NCBI GenBank assembly: GCA_037310415.1 | Contig: CP147780.1 | Coordinates: 1,440,001-1,504,000 of the forward strand | Reading direction: 5' to 3' | DNA length: 64,000 nucleotides | Source: Candidatus Atabeyarchaeum deiterrae | GTDB lineage: Archaea; Asgardarchaeota; Atabeyarchaeia; Atabeyarchaeales; Atabeyarchaeaceae | Shown here: positions 49,194 through 58,784 of the stretch, one piece after another | How the letters are laid out: every line of letters begins with the position of its first letter | Position numbering within the stretch: the stretch's first letter is position 1 | Translations under genes and position numbers: made by a program | The notes under the pieces: model-generated | Database searches by the model: none | Told to the model about the DNA's origin: nothing | The model's input: only the letters and a program-made list of their open reading frames with translations

Positions 49194-50138
49194 TCACTTG
49201 AGTTTTTTGCCCAGCTTCTTGATCATGTCTTTCGTCATGGTTGCGAGATTATAACTTGGACTCCAATCCCACTCTTCTCGTGCCAGGGAATCATTAATAG
49301 ACCTTGGCCAAGAATCCGCGATTTCTTGCCGGAAGTCTGGCTTATACTCAATCCTGAACTCCGGGATTTGTTTTCTGATTTCTGCAGCAAGATCTCCAGC
49401 CGCGAAGCTCATTCCTGCGACATTGAAGACACGATGCTTCAATTTCGAACCATCGGCCTCTGTAAGATCAATGAAGGCCTTTATGCAGTCAGGCATATAC
49501 ATCATTGGAAGCATTGTCCTTTCTTCAACGAAGCAAGTATACCTCTTCTGCTTGATTGCTTCATAGAATATCTCCACAGCGTAATCCGTCGTTCCGCCTC
49601 CTGGCGGTGTCTCACTGCTGATTATTCCTGGCAGTCGCATTGAACGAGTGTCAAGACCGTATTTCTTGAAGTAGTATTCCACTAGCAATTCGCCAGCAAC
49701 CTTGGTAATCCCATACATTGTAGTAGGTCGCAAAATAGTGTCATCAGGTGTGTCTTCTCGCGGAGTTGATGGACCAAAAACAGCAATCGAGCTTGGCCAG
49801 ATAATTCGTTCAATTCCATATTTCCTTCCAACTTCTAGCACGTTCAACAAGCTGTTCATGTTGGTATTCCAAGCTGTCTGTGGCATTTTCTCCCCAGTCG
49901 CTGATAGAATTGAAGCCATGTGATAGATTGTACCTATTTCCTTTTCACAGACAACTTTTGTAAGTGCTTCTGAGTCCAGAGCATCCAAGTAAAGGAACAA
50001 ATCCGTTTCGCGTAAAACTGGAGGAGGCTTTATGTCAGTTGCAATGACATTCTCATTTCCATATTTCTCTCTCAGTGCTGGAACGAGTTCACTACCGATC
50101 TGGCCATACGAGCCTGTTACAAGAATCCTTCTCATCAT
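49194..50138 (-). CDS. tdh: L-threonine 3-dehydrogenase (SDR/epimerase type)
   Basis: TGSYGQIG, SILSATGE, YGITK, PGGGTTDYAV and IADSWP. Confidence 0.9.
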   Translation of the reverse strand: MMRRILVTGSYGQIGSELVPALREKYGNENVIATDIKPPPVLRETDLFLYLDALDSEALTKVVCEKEIGTIYHMASILSATGEKMPQTAWNTNMNSLLNVLEVGRKYGIERIIWPSSIAVFGPSTPREDTPDDTILRPTTMYGITKVAGELLVEYYFKKYGLDTRSMRLPGIISSETPPGGGTTDYAVEIFYEAIKQKRYTCFVEERTMLPMMYMPDCIKAFIDLTEADGSKLKHRVFNVAGMSFAAGDLAAEIRKQIPEFRIEYKPDFRQEIADSWPRSINDSLAREEWDWSPSYNLATMTKDMIKKLGKKLK

Positions 50139-50518
50139 TATCCCGAACCTGTTAGTTTTGGTATTTGCCTCTCATCAGATTTCCTAAATCGCGATCAACC
50201 TGAAGCAACGTGTTGGACTTGGCGGAGCGCTCATATGGATCATTGTGGTGATTGGTCTGCTTGCAACGTTTTCGGAAATGTCGCGGAGTAGTTTGTTGAC
50301 CGTTTCGGACTCAACTCTTCGCTCATTCGACTCTCTTTTGCTGACAGTGCTTTTTTGAAGCGTTCAAGGATGATGTCAATCCAGTGAATTGACTTTGTAT
50401 TTTAGTTTTTCTCTACAAGCGGTCATATGCTCGATCGAATGGCTCTTCTTGTGGTCATCGATCCTAGATCCGATTGTGACTCTTCACTGCAAACAATCCT
50501 TATAACGGATCATAAATC

Positions 50519-51115
50519 ATGGTCACGATCATGACAAACAAGAAGCTACCTCCAGATCAGCAGGAAGTAGATGGCATACTCCGGTGGAATATAGACCACC
50601 CTGGAATCATACCAGAGAACCCAAAGATAGACCTAGAAAAGTGGGTCTTGACTGTCGACGGAGAAATAGAGGGACCAGCAAAGCTAACCTGGCAGGAATT
50701 CGTAATGGTTCCCTCAAGCGAATCCAAGAGCGACTTCCACTGCGTAGAGGGGTGGAGTGTCATGGACTGCAAATGGCACGGAGTCAAATTCACAACGTTG
50801 GTGCAAATTGTGAAGCCTAAAAAAGGAGCAGAATCTGTCTTCTTCAAGTGCTCTGATGGGTACACCACGTCTTTAGATCTCAAGGATCTTCTCCGAGATA
50901 ATGTCATTCTAGCATACAAGCTCAATGGCGAGAATCTTGACGAGTCACTTGGCGGTCCGCTTCGACTAATAGTTCCAGATAAATACGCGTATAAGAGTGC
51001 GATGTGGATCGAGCGCATAACGTTCATGAAGAAGAAAGAGCTAGGATACTGGGAGAAACGAGGCTACAGCGACACTTCTGATGTTTGGAAAAATGACCGT
51101 CGCGCAAGATGGTAA
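50519..51115 (+). CDS. Molybdopterin-dependent oxidoreductase (sulfite-oxidase-like)
   Basis: DFHCVEGWS, DGYTTSL, GGPLRLIVP and GYWEKRGY. Confidence 0.9.
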   Translation: MVTIMTNKKLPPDQQEVDGILRWNIDHPGIIPENPKIDLEKWVLTVDGEIEGPAKLTWQEFVMVPSSESKSDFHCVEGWSVMDCKWHGVKFTTLVQIVKPKKGAESVFFKCSDGYTTSLDLKDLLRDNVILAYKLNGENLDESLGGPLRLIVPDKYAYKSAMWIERITFMKKKELGYWEKRGYSDTSDVWKNDRRARW

Positions 51116-51230
51116 ATTCGCGAGCCGTTTCGAAATATCCTCCTTTTCTCGATACAATCTTTCCCACTAGGCACCTGCGAGAAGAGAGCTTTATATTAAT
51201 GGTAGCGTCAAAAATCCATAACTGAGGAGG

Positions 51231-51812
51231 CTGGATAGATCGAGCAAAATCTCAGAGAGTGAAGCTGCCGAGGCGATTGTCGGCACGGTTGAATGGTTCA
51301 GAGCAATCCCTGGGGTCTCCCTTTTTATCATCTTTCTCGCTTGGGTCTATTTCTTTGACTATTGGTTTGTGGCGAACGCGGCAGGCACGTTTGTGGTCGC
51401 AAATGGTTACGAACTGTTGGCCGGGATCTGCAGAGTCAATACGACAGGCCGGGTCTACACGACCTACTTGGGTCACAATATCTTCTGGATGATCTCCGTT
51501 TTTATCGGATTACTATTAATGACAGTTACTGTGGTAAATGCATTGCGATCGTCTAATACAACATTAAATGCAAGAAGAATTGCGCGACAGTACATCATTC
51601 TAGGGATATTAGTGACAATCGGAACCATAGTTGCGACCGTCGAAATCAACTCTCTACCTGCTACCTTTGTGATAATGGTGAATTCCACTCCTTTTTCAGT
51701 ATCTGGCGGAGTGGGATTTGCTCCATCTGCCGTGATGGCAGTTGGAATAGTAGGGATGGTTCTTGGATTCATGCTGCTTCAATCGGCGAGGGAAAACATC
51801 AAAACAGACTGA
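51231..51812 (+). CDS. Hypothetical membrane protein, probably CTG-initiated
   Basis: Frame is open upstream of the ORF-track start 51369 and includes an extra TM helix (VSLFIIFLAWVYFF); GAGGAGG precedes CTG at 51231. Confidence 0.6.
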   Translation: MDRSSKISESEAAEAIVGTVEWFRAIPGVSLFIIFLAWVYFFDYWFVANAAGTFVVANGYELLAGICRVNTTGRVYTTYLGHNIFWMISVFIGLLLMTVTVVNALRSSNTTLNARRIARQYIILGILVTIGTIVATVEINSLPATFVIMVNSTPFSVSGGVGFAPSAVMAVGIVGMVLGFMLLQSARENIKTD

Positions 51813-52077
51813 TGTCAAGTAAGTCCGCATTTGTGATGGTCGCAAATCTGGGAAATGCCAAGTCAGGCATTTGTCGTAACAATTATAAGAGTCCTCAAAC
51901 TATTTTCGCTGTCTGAGGCATCGGTGAAGTAGCCCAGCACTTGACGCTCCTCGTTATGGATCATCGGGACTAGTTAGGCACTTCTCGTTCTGGTCTATGT
52001 TTTGCTGATGCTTAAATACAACTAGCGCAATACCAGAGAAATGGTTCTGAAAGCGACACATCGAGCGAAGAATAACG

Positions 52078-55000
52078 GTGGTAAGTCGCGTGAACGAGAT
52101 CAGCTCCCCCGCAAACAGAGAAGATAAGCACTTCGATGGCGAGTACGCTGAGATGTGTGCGCTTTCCTTAGAGGATCTGTCAAAACAATTGAAAACCGAT
52201 CCCAACAAAGGACTTTCCGGCAAAGATGCGGAGGACAGACTTGGGGAATTCGGACCAAATGTGATTCCACGAGTTAAACCCAGCTTCTACAAGGTGTGGA
52301 TCGCGCCTTTCATGAATCTGCTCATAACCATATTCCTAGTAGTCAGCATCATCCTCTTGTTTTTTGCCATATTCATATTGCCTGAAGCCGGAGCGCGACT
52401 CTTCATATGGATCCCACTGATTGGCATTAACGCTGCTCTTGCAGTCGTACAGCAAGCAAGGGCACAAAGGAAACTTGAAGCTCTGCAAAAACTATCTGCT
52501 CCCAAATGCGAAGTCCTCCGAGACCATAAGATCGTGGAGATTCCGTCCGAGCAGGTGGTCCCGGGAGACATATTGAAACTGGAAAGGGGAGACAGGATTC
52601 CCGCCGATGCTCGGATAATCACTGCTTCCAGCCTTAGAGTGAACGAAGCAGCTCTCACTGGAGAATCTAACGAAGTAGAGAAGACTGAGGTCGACCTTCC
52701 CGTCGATGAAGGGGCGCCAATTCATGCTATCAAGAATATGGTGTTTCTGGGGACATATGTCACAGCGGGTCTTGCAAGAGCTTTGGTCATGAGAACTGGA
52801 AAAGAAACTCAGCTCGGAAGAATATCAACGACCTTAGGAGAGCTCGACACAGGCGAAATACCCCTGCGTCAAAAAGTTAACAGGCTCGCGAAATATCTTG
52901 GAGTTGCGGTGATTTTCTATCTGGTTTTCTCACTTGCATATAACTTGATTGTTCTTCAATTGGCAAATGGCATCTTTGCTGGAGGCGTTTTCAACACCAA
53001 GCTGGTCTCGGAGACGATAGTGAGAAGCTTGCAGACAGCGATGACTATAATGCCAATCAATATTCCACTATTGACAACAATTATCCTGCTTACGGGAATT
53101 CTTGCCATGGTTCAGCACCATGTTCTCATACGCGACCTGAGCGCTGTTGAAAGCCTTGGTCGAATCTCAGTTGTTTGCTCAGACAAAACTGGGACAATAA
53201 CAAAAAACGAAATGACGGCAAGATGGATATGCCTTCCATCTGCCGATCTGAAGAATACCACATATGGTGTAACAGGCGTAGGCAACCAACCCTCTGGCGA
53301 GGTTATGACGGTCGATCCTTCATCAGATTTGCGAGAGGTCATAAGAAGGAGACCTGAGGAACTCGGCTCTAGTAAAGTCCAGATTGAGCCGGAGACGTCT
53401 CTGGAATGCGTTCTCGCGTCAGGCATGCTTGACAACGAAAGTAGCATCATCAAGGAGAAGGTCAAAATCTCTGACAGAGAGCAGGAAGTCTACAAGGCAT
53501 CAGGCAACGCCACTGATGTCTCACTGCTGGTTCTTTTTCAGAAATCGGGACTTGACGAGAAAGTGTACAAGTCCCGATTCAAGGAACAAGTCAACTACCC
53601 GTTCGAATCAAAGCTCAAGCGCACAACAAGAGTCTTCAAAGATAGTAAGAACGGTAAGTATGTGATATTCTCAAAAGGAGCCACGGAAGTCCTCTTACCT
53701 CGTTGCAGCCGCATAGCAGAAAAGAAAATCACTGAAGCTGGACTTTTGAGAGACAAGGATAAGACCCTTGTCGACAAGAAAGTCGATCTCTTCGCTTCAT
53801 CTGGCTACAGGGTGATCTCATTTGCTTTCAAATATCTAAACGAATTACCAACAACGTACAAGACAGATAGAGAGCAAATTGAGAAGGATTTGACTTATCT
53901 CGGCTTCGTCGCTATCATGGACCCGCCAAGGGAAGGCGTTCTTGAATCTGTCACCGAAGCTAAGAATGCAGGAATCAAACCGATCATGATAACGGGTGAC
54001 AGCGTAGAAACGGCGAGAAGCATCGCACAAGAAGTGGGCATAGCTGACAAAACGGATCTTGCAGTAGAAGGACGTGAAATCGAATCTTTGTCGGACAAGC
54101 AATTCCTGAAGACATCCGTGTTTGCTAGAGTTTCACCAGAAAACAAGATGACAATAGTCGAACGCTACAAAGATCAGAAACGCGTCGTCGCAATGACAGG
54201 TGACGGCGTGAATGACGCACTAGCAATCTCTAGGGCGGATGTTGGCATCGCCACTGGAATCACAGGAACAGACGTTGCAAAACAGGCTGCAGGTATGATA
54301 ATCACTGATGACTCGTTCACATCAATCATTTCAGGAATCAGGGAAGGTAGAGGCCTCTTTGAGAAAATCCGGGCAATCATCTTCTTCTTCATTGCCGTCA
54401 ACTTTGCCGAGGCTCTCATCTACTTCGGTTCAGCCTTAATCCCCGGATTCTACTTGCTAAATCAATGGCAGCAAATATACATCTTCGCCACTGTCCACTC
54501 CATACCTCCCTTCGCAATCATAATCAGCTTGCTTGACAGAGATGTCATGAAAGAAAAGCCGCGGGACGGAGAAGGGATCTTCAACAAACGGTTGGCATTT
54601 GGTTTGGTTCTCTTCTCAATAGCGCTTGCATGCGTGTTCTACCTTGTCTATTTTAGTACACTGAATGGCGTAATACCTTTGTTTGCAGAAAACCAGATGG
54701 GCTACATTCCAAGATTTGGTGGTCCTGCTAGCTTGGCGAGCCCACTGAACTGGGATCAAGCGAAAGCCCGCACAATGCTGCATTCGGTCGCAATTGTTGC
54801 AGAGGCAATGTTGGTAATCTCTTTGATTCGGATTAACAAACCATTTCACAAAGCTTTGAGGGGAAAAGATCGCGTGGCTTTGCTGGTCCTGATACTATCA
54901 GTTCCGATAGCGCATGTGATCCTAATGTACATCCCCGCAATCCAGCTATTTCTGTTGAACGCGGTCGGGATTAATCTCGAGATTATTCAGCTTACTTGGA

Positions 55001-55095
55001 TAGACTGGCTCATTGTCATGGGTTTCGCATTTTTCCCGATCTTGCTTTTTGAGCTGTACAAGGGACTGGTTCGAAAGTTGGGCAGGTTCTTCTAG
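52078..55095 (+). CDS. P-type ATPase, P2-like scaffold with atypical membrane motifs
   Basis: TGES, DKTGT, KGATE, MITGD and TGDGVND; TM4 reads MPINIPL. Confidence 0.92.
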   Translation: MVSRVNEISSPANREDKHFDGEYAEMCALSLEDLSKQLKTDPNKGLSGKDAEDRLGEFGPNVIPRVKPSFYKVWIAPFMNLLITIFLVVSIILLFFAIFILPEAGARLFIWIPLIGINAALAVVQQARAQRKLEALQKLSAPKCEVLRDHKIVEIPSEQVVPGDILKLERGDRIPADARIITASSLRVNEAALTGESNEVEKTEVDLPVDEGAPIHAIKNMVFLGTYVTAGLARALVMRTGKETQLGRISTTLGELDTGEIPLRQKVNRLAKYLGVAVIFYLVFSLAYNLIVLQLANGIFAGGVFNTKLVSETIVRSLQTAMTIMPINIPLLTTIILLTGILAMVQHHVLIRDLSAVESLGRISVVCSDKTGTITKNEMTARWICLPSADLKNTTYGVTGVGNQPSGEVMTVDPSSDLREVIRRRPEELGSSKVQIEPETSLECVLASGMLDNESSIIKEKVKISDREQEVYKASGNATDVSLLVLFQKSGLDEKVYKSRFKEQVNYPFESKLKRTTRVFKDSKNGKYVIFSKGATEVLLPRCSRIAEKKITEAGLLRDKDKTLVDKKVDLFASSGYRVISFAFKYLNELPTTYKTDREQIEKDLTYLGFVAIMDPPREGVLESVTEAKNAGIKPIMITGDSVETARSIAQEVGIADKTDLAVEGREIESLSDKQFLKTSVFARVSPENKMTIVERYKDQKRVVAMTGDGVNDALAISRADVGIATGITGTDVAKQAAGMIITDDSFTSIISGIREGRGLFEKIRAIIFFFIAVNFAEALIYFGSALIPGFYLLNQWQQIYIFATVHSIPPFAIIISLLDRDVMKEKPRDGEGIFNKRLAFGLVLFSIALACVFYLVYFSTLNGVIPLFAENQMGYIPRFGGPASLASPLNWDQAKARTMLHSVAIVAEAMLVISLIRINKPFHKALRGKDRVALLVLILSVPIAHVILMYIPAIQLFLLNAVGINLEIIQLTWIDWLIVMGFAFFPILLFELYKGLVRKLGRFF

Positions 55096-55146
55096 CTATG
55101 AGGTTTCTGCAGCTCTGCGATGAACCATCCCTGAAGAAGGGATTTG

Positions 55147-56025
55147 CTACCTAGCATTAATTTCAGAGGGGATTCCCGACTCGCAGGGCACGCCTGTTTG
55201 GCATAGTCCACAGCCATAGCCCTTGAAGCCGTAATGAGTTCGAACGTACCCCCACATAGAATCAACGTACCGGGAGCATTTCATTTTGTCGTGACCCGCT
55301 TTGGAGATTGCCCCGACGGGGCACCGGTCGATGCATTTGCCACATATGCCCTTGGAGTAGAAGAGGCAGTATGCGTGGTGACTTGTATATGGTCTCTTGG
55401 ATGGTGGAACAGCAATCTTGGCAATTACCGAGCCGCAGCGCATTGCCTTGCCTACTGGCGTGATTAGACCGTCGCAGAGACCAAAGGTTCCAAGACCGGC
55501 AGTATATGCAGCGTGACGTTCTGACCAATTTGACGTGATGAAGTACTTCCCGAAGGCTCTGGTTCCCCAGAGAGACGAGAGCGATGGCGCCACCGCCTCG
55601 TGCCCTTCCTTCGTGAAAGCGGCAACAACATGTCGCCGAAGTGCATCATTGAATTCCTCGCCGAACATCCGAGCTCTGGCCCACCTCTCAGTCGGGAATC
55701 TCGTCTCTTTTCTATGTTCGTTCTTAGTGGCTTCGGTGTGAGGCAGGATCCAGCTCACTACTGCAAGTTGATCCGCCGTGGTCTCAACTTTCGGAAAGGT
55801 TCTTGAGAACATCTCTAAGGGCGAGAAGTAGAATTCTCCGATATCCTTCTTGTAGAACTGGTAGAGAGGGTCGACCCCACTTGATAGAGCCACTAGGGGC
55901 TCAGCCCATGCTCTTTCGTTGTCCTTGTTCTTTAAGGAATTATCAGGGGATTCTCTGACAAACTCTTTCACAACTGACTCAATCCATTTGGCCGAGCTCA
56001 TGCCTTTGTTGGTCAATTCTGGCAC
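55147..56025 (-). CDS. Epoxyqueuosine-reductase-like 4Fe-4S protein
   Basis: WSERHAAY.AGLGTFG, CGKCIDRCP and CGLCQTGVPC. Confidence 0.8.
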   Translation of the reverse strand: MPELTNKGMSSAKWIESVVKEFVRESPDNSLKNKDNERAWAEPLVALSSGVDPLYQFYKKDIGEFYFSPLEMFSRTFPKVETTADQLAVVSWILPHTEATKNEHRKETRFPTERWARARMFGEEFNDALRRHVVAAFTKEGHEAVAPSLSSLWGTRAFGKYFITSNWSERHAAYTAGLGTFGLCDGLITPVGKAMRCGSVIAKIAVPPSKRPYTSHHAYCLFYSKGICGKCIDRCPVGAISKAGHDKMKCSRYVDSMWGYVRTHYGFKGYGCGLCQTGVPCESGIPSEINAR

Positions 56026-56137
56026 CGCTTAAGAAGACTTGACTTGCCCTCGCATCGTATTGGTGACCTTAAATGATATATGTATCCGCTTACCTATCCT
56101 AGTATGAACTCGGAAATGTGGGAGATAGAGTTCAAGT

Positions 56138-57379
56138 TTGAGTGTTGAGTCTGGCCTCTATCATTTTCCCGATGGATTCCTTTGGGGTTCTGCTATTACA
56201 GACTATGAGGCCTTTGGAGGGGCCGAAAGTGATCTACCAATCCGTTGGACATCTAGGCATGTCGATCATTACGCCGAAGACTTCGACTTGATTAGAAACA
56301 AGTTGCATCACAGTGCCTTCAGAACAGCTATCGAATGGGCTAGGATCGAACCCAAAGAGGGTAGGATCAACAAGGACGCCATTAGCTTCTACCACAAGTA
56401 TTTTGATTCTCTCAAGAAAACTGGTATGAAGGCATTCGTAGCGCTCCAGGATTCTACCAACCCTATGTGGGTTCAGGAGCAGGGAGGATGGCTTTCTAAG
56501 AAAACCGTTGAGAGGTTTTCTCGGTACGTCGAACTTGTCTGCAGAGAGTTTGGTAGCTATATCGACTACTGCCTCGTCGTAAATGATCCCGCTGGGTCTG
56601 CGCTCAAATCATATTTCGTCGGGGCAAGTCCTGACAGAGGGTTACCTCCATACCACCATGATTTCGCGGAAGCAATGATCTGCCTCGGAAACTTTACTGA
56701 TGCTATTCTTGAGGGCAGTGAGGAACTTCACAGTGTCACTAAGGCAAAGGTGGGATCTGGCAACTACTATGGAGTTTTCGTGCCCCTTGATCCAAAGAAC
56801 AAAAGACACCAAGACTCTGTCTACCTAGCGAGTCAAGCCTTGATCTATCAAGTTCCAGATGCTATTAGGAGAAAGGTTGACTTCATGGGCATCGAATACT
56901 ACTCGAGGCTTGTTATGGCCGAAGACAACAAAGTTGTCAGAACAGAGGTCTATCCTCAAGGAATTAGAGAATCGGCAAGAGACTTCTATAAGCGCTACAG
57001 ATTGCCATTGGCAGTAGTTGATAGTGGATTTCCAACACGGGACGATGATGAGAAGATCAAGTTCCTCCTGGAACACTTGAGAGAGCTTCACAATGCGATC
57101 AATGAGGACAAGGTCGATGTCTTTGGCTACAACTGGTGGTGCACCCTCCACAGTTATTCATGGGGATACGGGTTCAAACCCTTCTTTGCCCTCATAGATG
57201 TTGAAGGCGAGGAAGAAGACGTTGGCGGATACGAAGACCTAGTCGGTTCGTTCAAAAGGAGGATAACGAAGGCTGGGGAATACTATGGTTCAATCTGCAG
57301 AAACAACGGTTTTTCTCAAAAAGACTATGAGAAGTACCACGCGATGAAAAAACCTTTAAAGCAATGGCTAGAATTCTGA
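56138..57379 (+). CDS. Glycoside hydrolase family 1-fold protein with non-canonical active site
   Basis: FPDGFLWGSA, FRTAIEWARIEP, VYPQG and DVFGY.WW; catalytic motifs read NDP and VDSG. Confidence 0.88.
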   Translation: MSVESGLYHFPDGFLWGSAITDYEAFGGAESDLPIRWTSRHVDHYAEDFDLIRNKLHHSAFRTAIEWARIEPKEGRINKDAISFYHKYFDSLKKTGMKAFVALQDSTNPMWVQEQGGWLSKKTVERFSRYVELVCREFGSYIDYCLVVNDPAGSALKSYFVGASPDRGLPPYHHDFAEAMICLGNFTDAILEGSEELHSVTKAKVGSGNYYGVFVPLDPKNKRHQDSVYLASQALIYQVPDAIRRKVDFMGIEYYSRLVMAEDNKVVRTEVYPQGIRESARDFYKRYRLPLAVVDSGFPTRDDDEKIKFLLEHLRELHNAINEDKVDVFGYNWWCTLHSYSWGYGFKPFFALIDVEGEEEDVGGYEDLVGSFKRRITKAGEYYGSICRNNGFSQKDYEKYHAMKKPLKQWLEF

Positions 57380-57603
57380 GTAAATCGCAACTAAACGAAA
57401 GACGAAAAACTGGTACGAAGGGCGTGTCATCAAATCAGTAATGTCCAGATTCAAAACTCAATGAAACCTCTGCTTCCACAACAACAGTTGTGAAGTCGAC
57501 CTTGAAACTAGATCTTGTCAGCAGATTTGCAGCACATACTTCAACGGGATTCTTGGATTTCAAAGGTACACTAAGATGGAAGTAACAACAAGGTGATATT
57601 CTC

Positions 57604-58074
57604 ATGAATAATGCCTTCCTTGGGAAGGAAACAAAGGTCAGATTGCGCAAGATCACTTCTAGAACGGTGAGAACTATCTGCAATCTAAGCGTCTCCGAAG
57701 ACCAGAAGAATTTCGTCGCGCCGAACGCTGTGTCAATCGCACAAGCGTACTTCAGCAAGGCAGCGTGGTTTCGCGCTATATATGCCGATGAAACACCAGT
57801 CGGGTTCGTCATGTTGGTTGAAATTCCAAAGCGCGAGTACTACTATCTCTGGAGGTTCATGGTCGATGCCAGATACCAAGGCAAAGGTTACGGACGCAAA
57901 GCACTTGAACTCATAATCAAGCGCGTGAGGAGAAGACCAAAAGCGAGCGCCTTATGTTTGAGCGTTGTCAGGGCAAAGGGCAGTGCCGAAGAATTCTACA
58001 AGAGCTTTGGCTTTGAGTTCACGGGGAAGATGGACGGAATCGAGCATGTAATGAAGCTCTCACTAAGAAGATAA
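57604..58074 (+). CDS. GNAT acetyltransferase (spermine/spermidine acetyltransferase-like)
   Basis: FVAPNAVSIAQAY, LWRFMVDARYQGKGYG and FYKSFGF. Confidence 0.9.
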   Translation: MNNAFLGKETKVRLRKITSRTVRTICNLSVSEDQKNFVAPNAVSIAQAYFSKAAWFRAIYADETPVGFVMLVEIPKREYYYLWRFMVDARYQGKGYGRKALELIIKRVRRRPKASALCLSVVRAKGSAEEFYKSFGFEFTGKMDGIEHVMKLSLRR

Positions 58075-58142
58075 CACTGTACTTGGCATAAGGATACAAC
58101 AAACGCTAACCTCATTGCATGAGAAGGAGGAGATTCTGAAGT

Positions 58143-58466
58143 ATGTGTGCCCCAAAGAATCTGGTTGTCATCAAAGATGCCAGTGATCTTGAGAACTATG
58201 TAGGGAAGAAAGTGGCTGTCGAGGGAACCATATCAAACATCTATTGGCAACATCTCATAGACAGTCCCCCTACGCATCCAAAGTCCTCGTACTTTGACAT
58301 CGGGAACAGCCAAATCGTAATCTACTCCAAAGAAGACATCAATTGCAGTGAGAAGCTAAGAATAGTAGGCACCGTTATCAAGCTTGGAGGCCAAAGAAAA
58401 CCAGATCGGAAAGAAACTGCAACCGAATATCACATTGTTGTGGATAACTGCGAAAGCATGGAATGA
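58143..58466 (+). CDS. Small hypothetical protein, possible OB-fold
   Basis: SD AGGAGG; YVGKKVAVEGTI...LRIVGTV beta pattern. Confidence 0.7.
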   Translation: MCAPKNLVVIKDASDLENYVGKKVAVEGTISNIYWQHLIDSPPTHPKSSYFDIGNSQIVIYSKEDINCSEKLRIVGTVIKLGGQRKPDRKETATEYHIVVDNCESME

Positions 58467-58784
58467 TTGCGTCTGGGAAAGCAATGCCTCATGTCTTCTA
58501 CCTGATTGTGGTCGCTGGCATGACGCTCAGCGACACTCTTGCTTCTTGCTTTGAAGCTCTAGGTCCGAGGCAGTTCTCATGAATGAGATGCCGCCATAAT
58601 CATATTGTGCGTTGCGAACACCCTCTTTACCTTGTGATGATCTAAGTGAGCCTGTCTTGGCAGACTTGATTGTTTCCCACCATCATCCAAAGGTAATTAT
58701 CGTGGAATTTCTTCTATACGCGGACACTGGAAAAATGGCTGCTAGAAGTTGGCAAAACAAAAGATAGCTAGAGGCGCAGTGAAA

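Noticed and set aside
49160-49197. Hairpin followed by TCAC as an IS200/IS605 right-end MITE
   Set aside because: The TCAC is the reverse complement of the tdh stop context and there is no partner left end.
58505-58680. Two small hairpins and a GTGATGA C-box-like motif as a C/D sRNA
   Set aside because: No CTGA D box at an appropriate distance.
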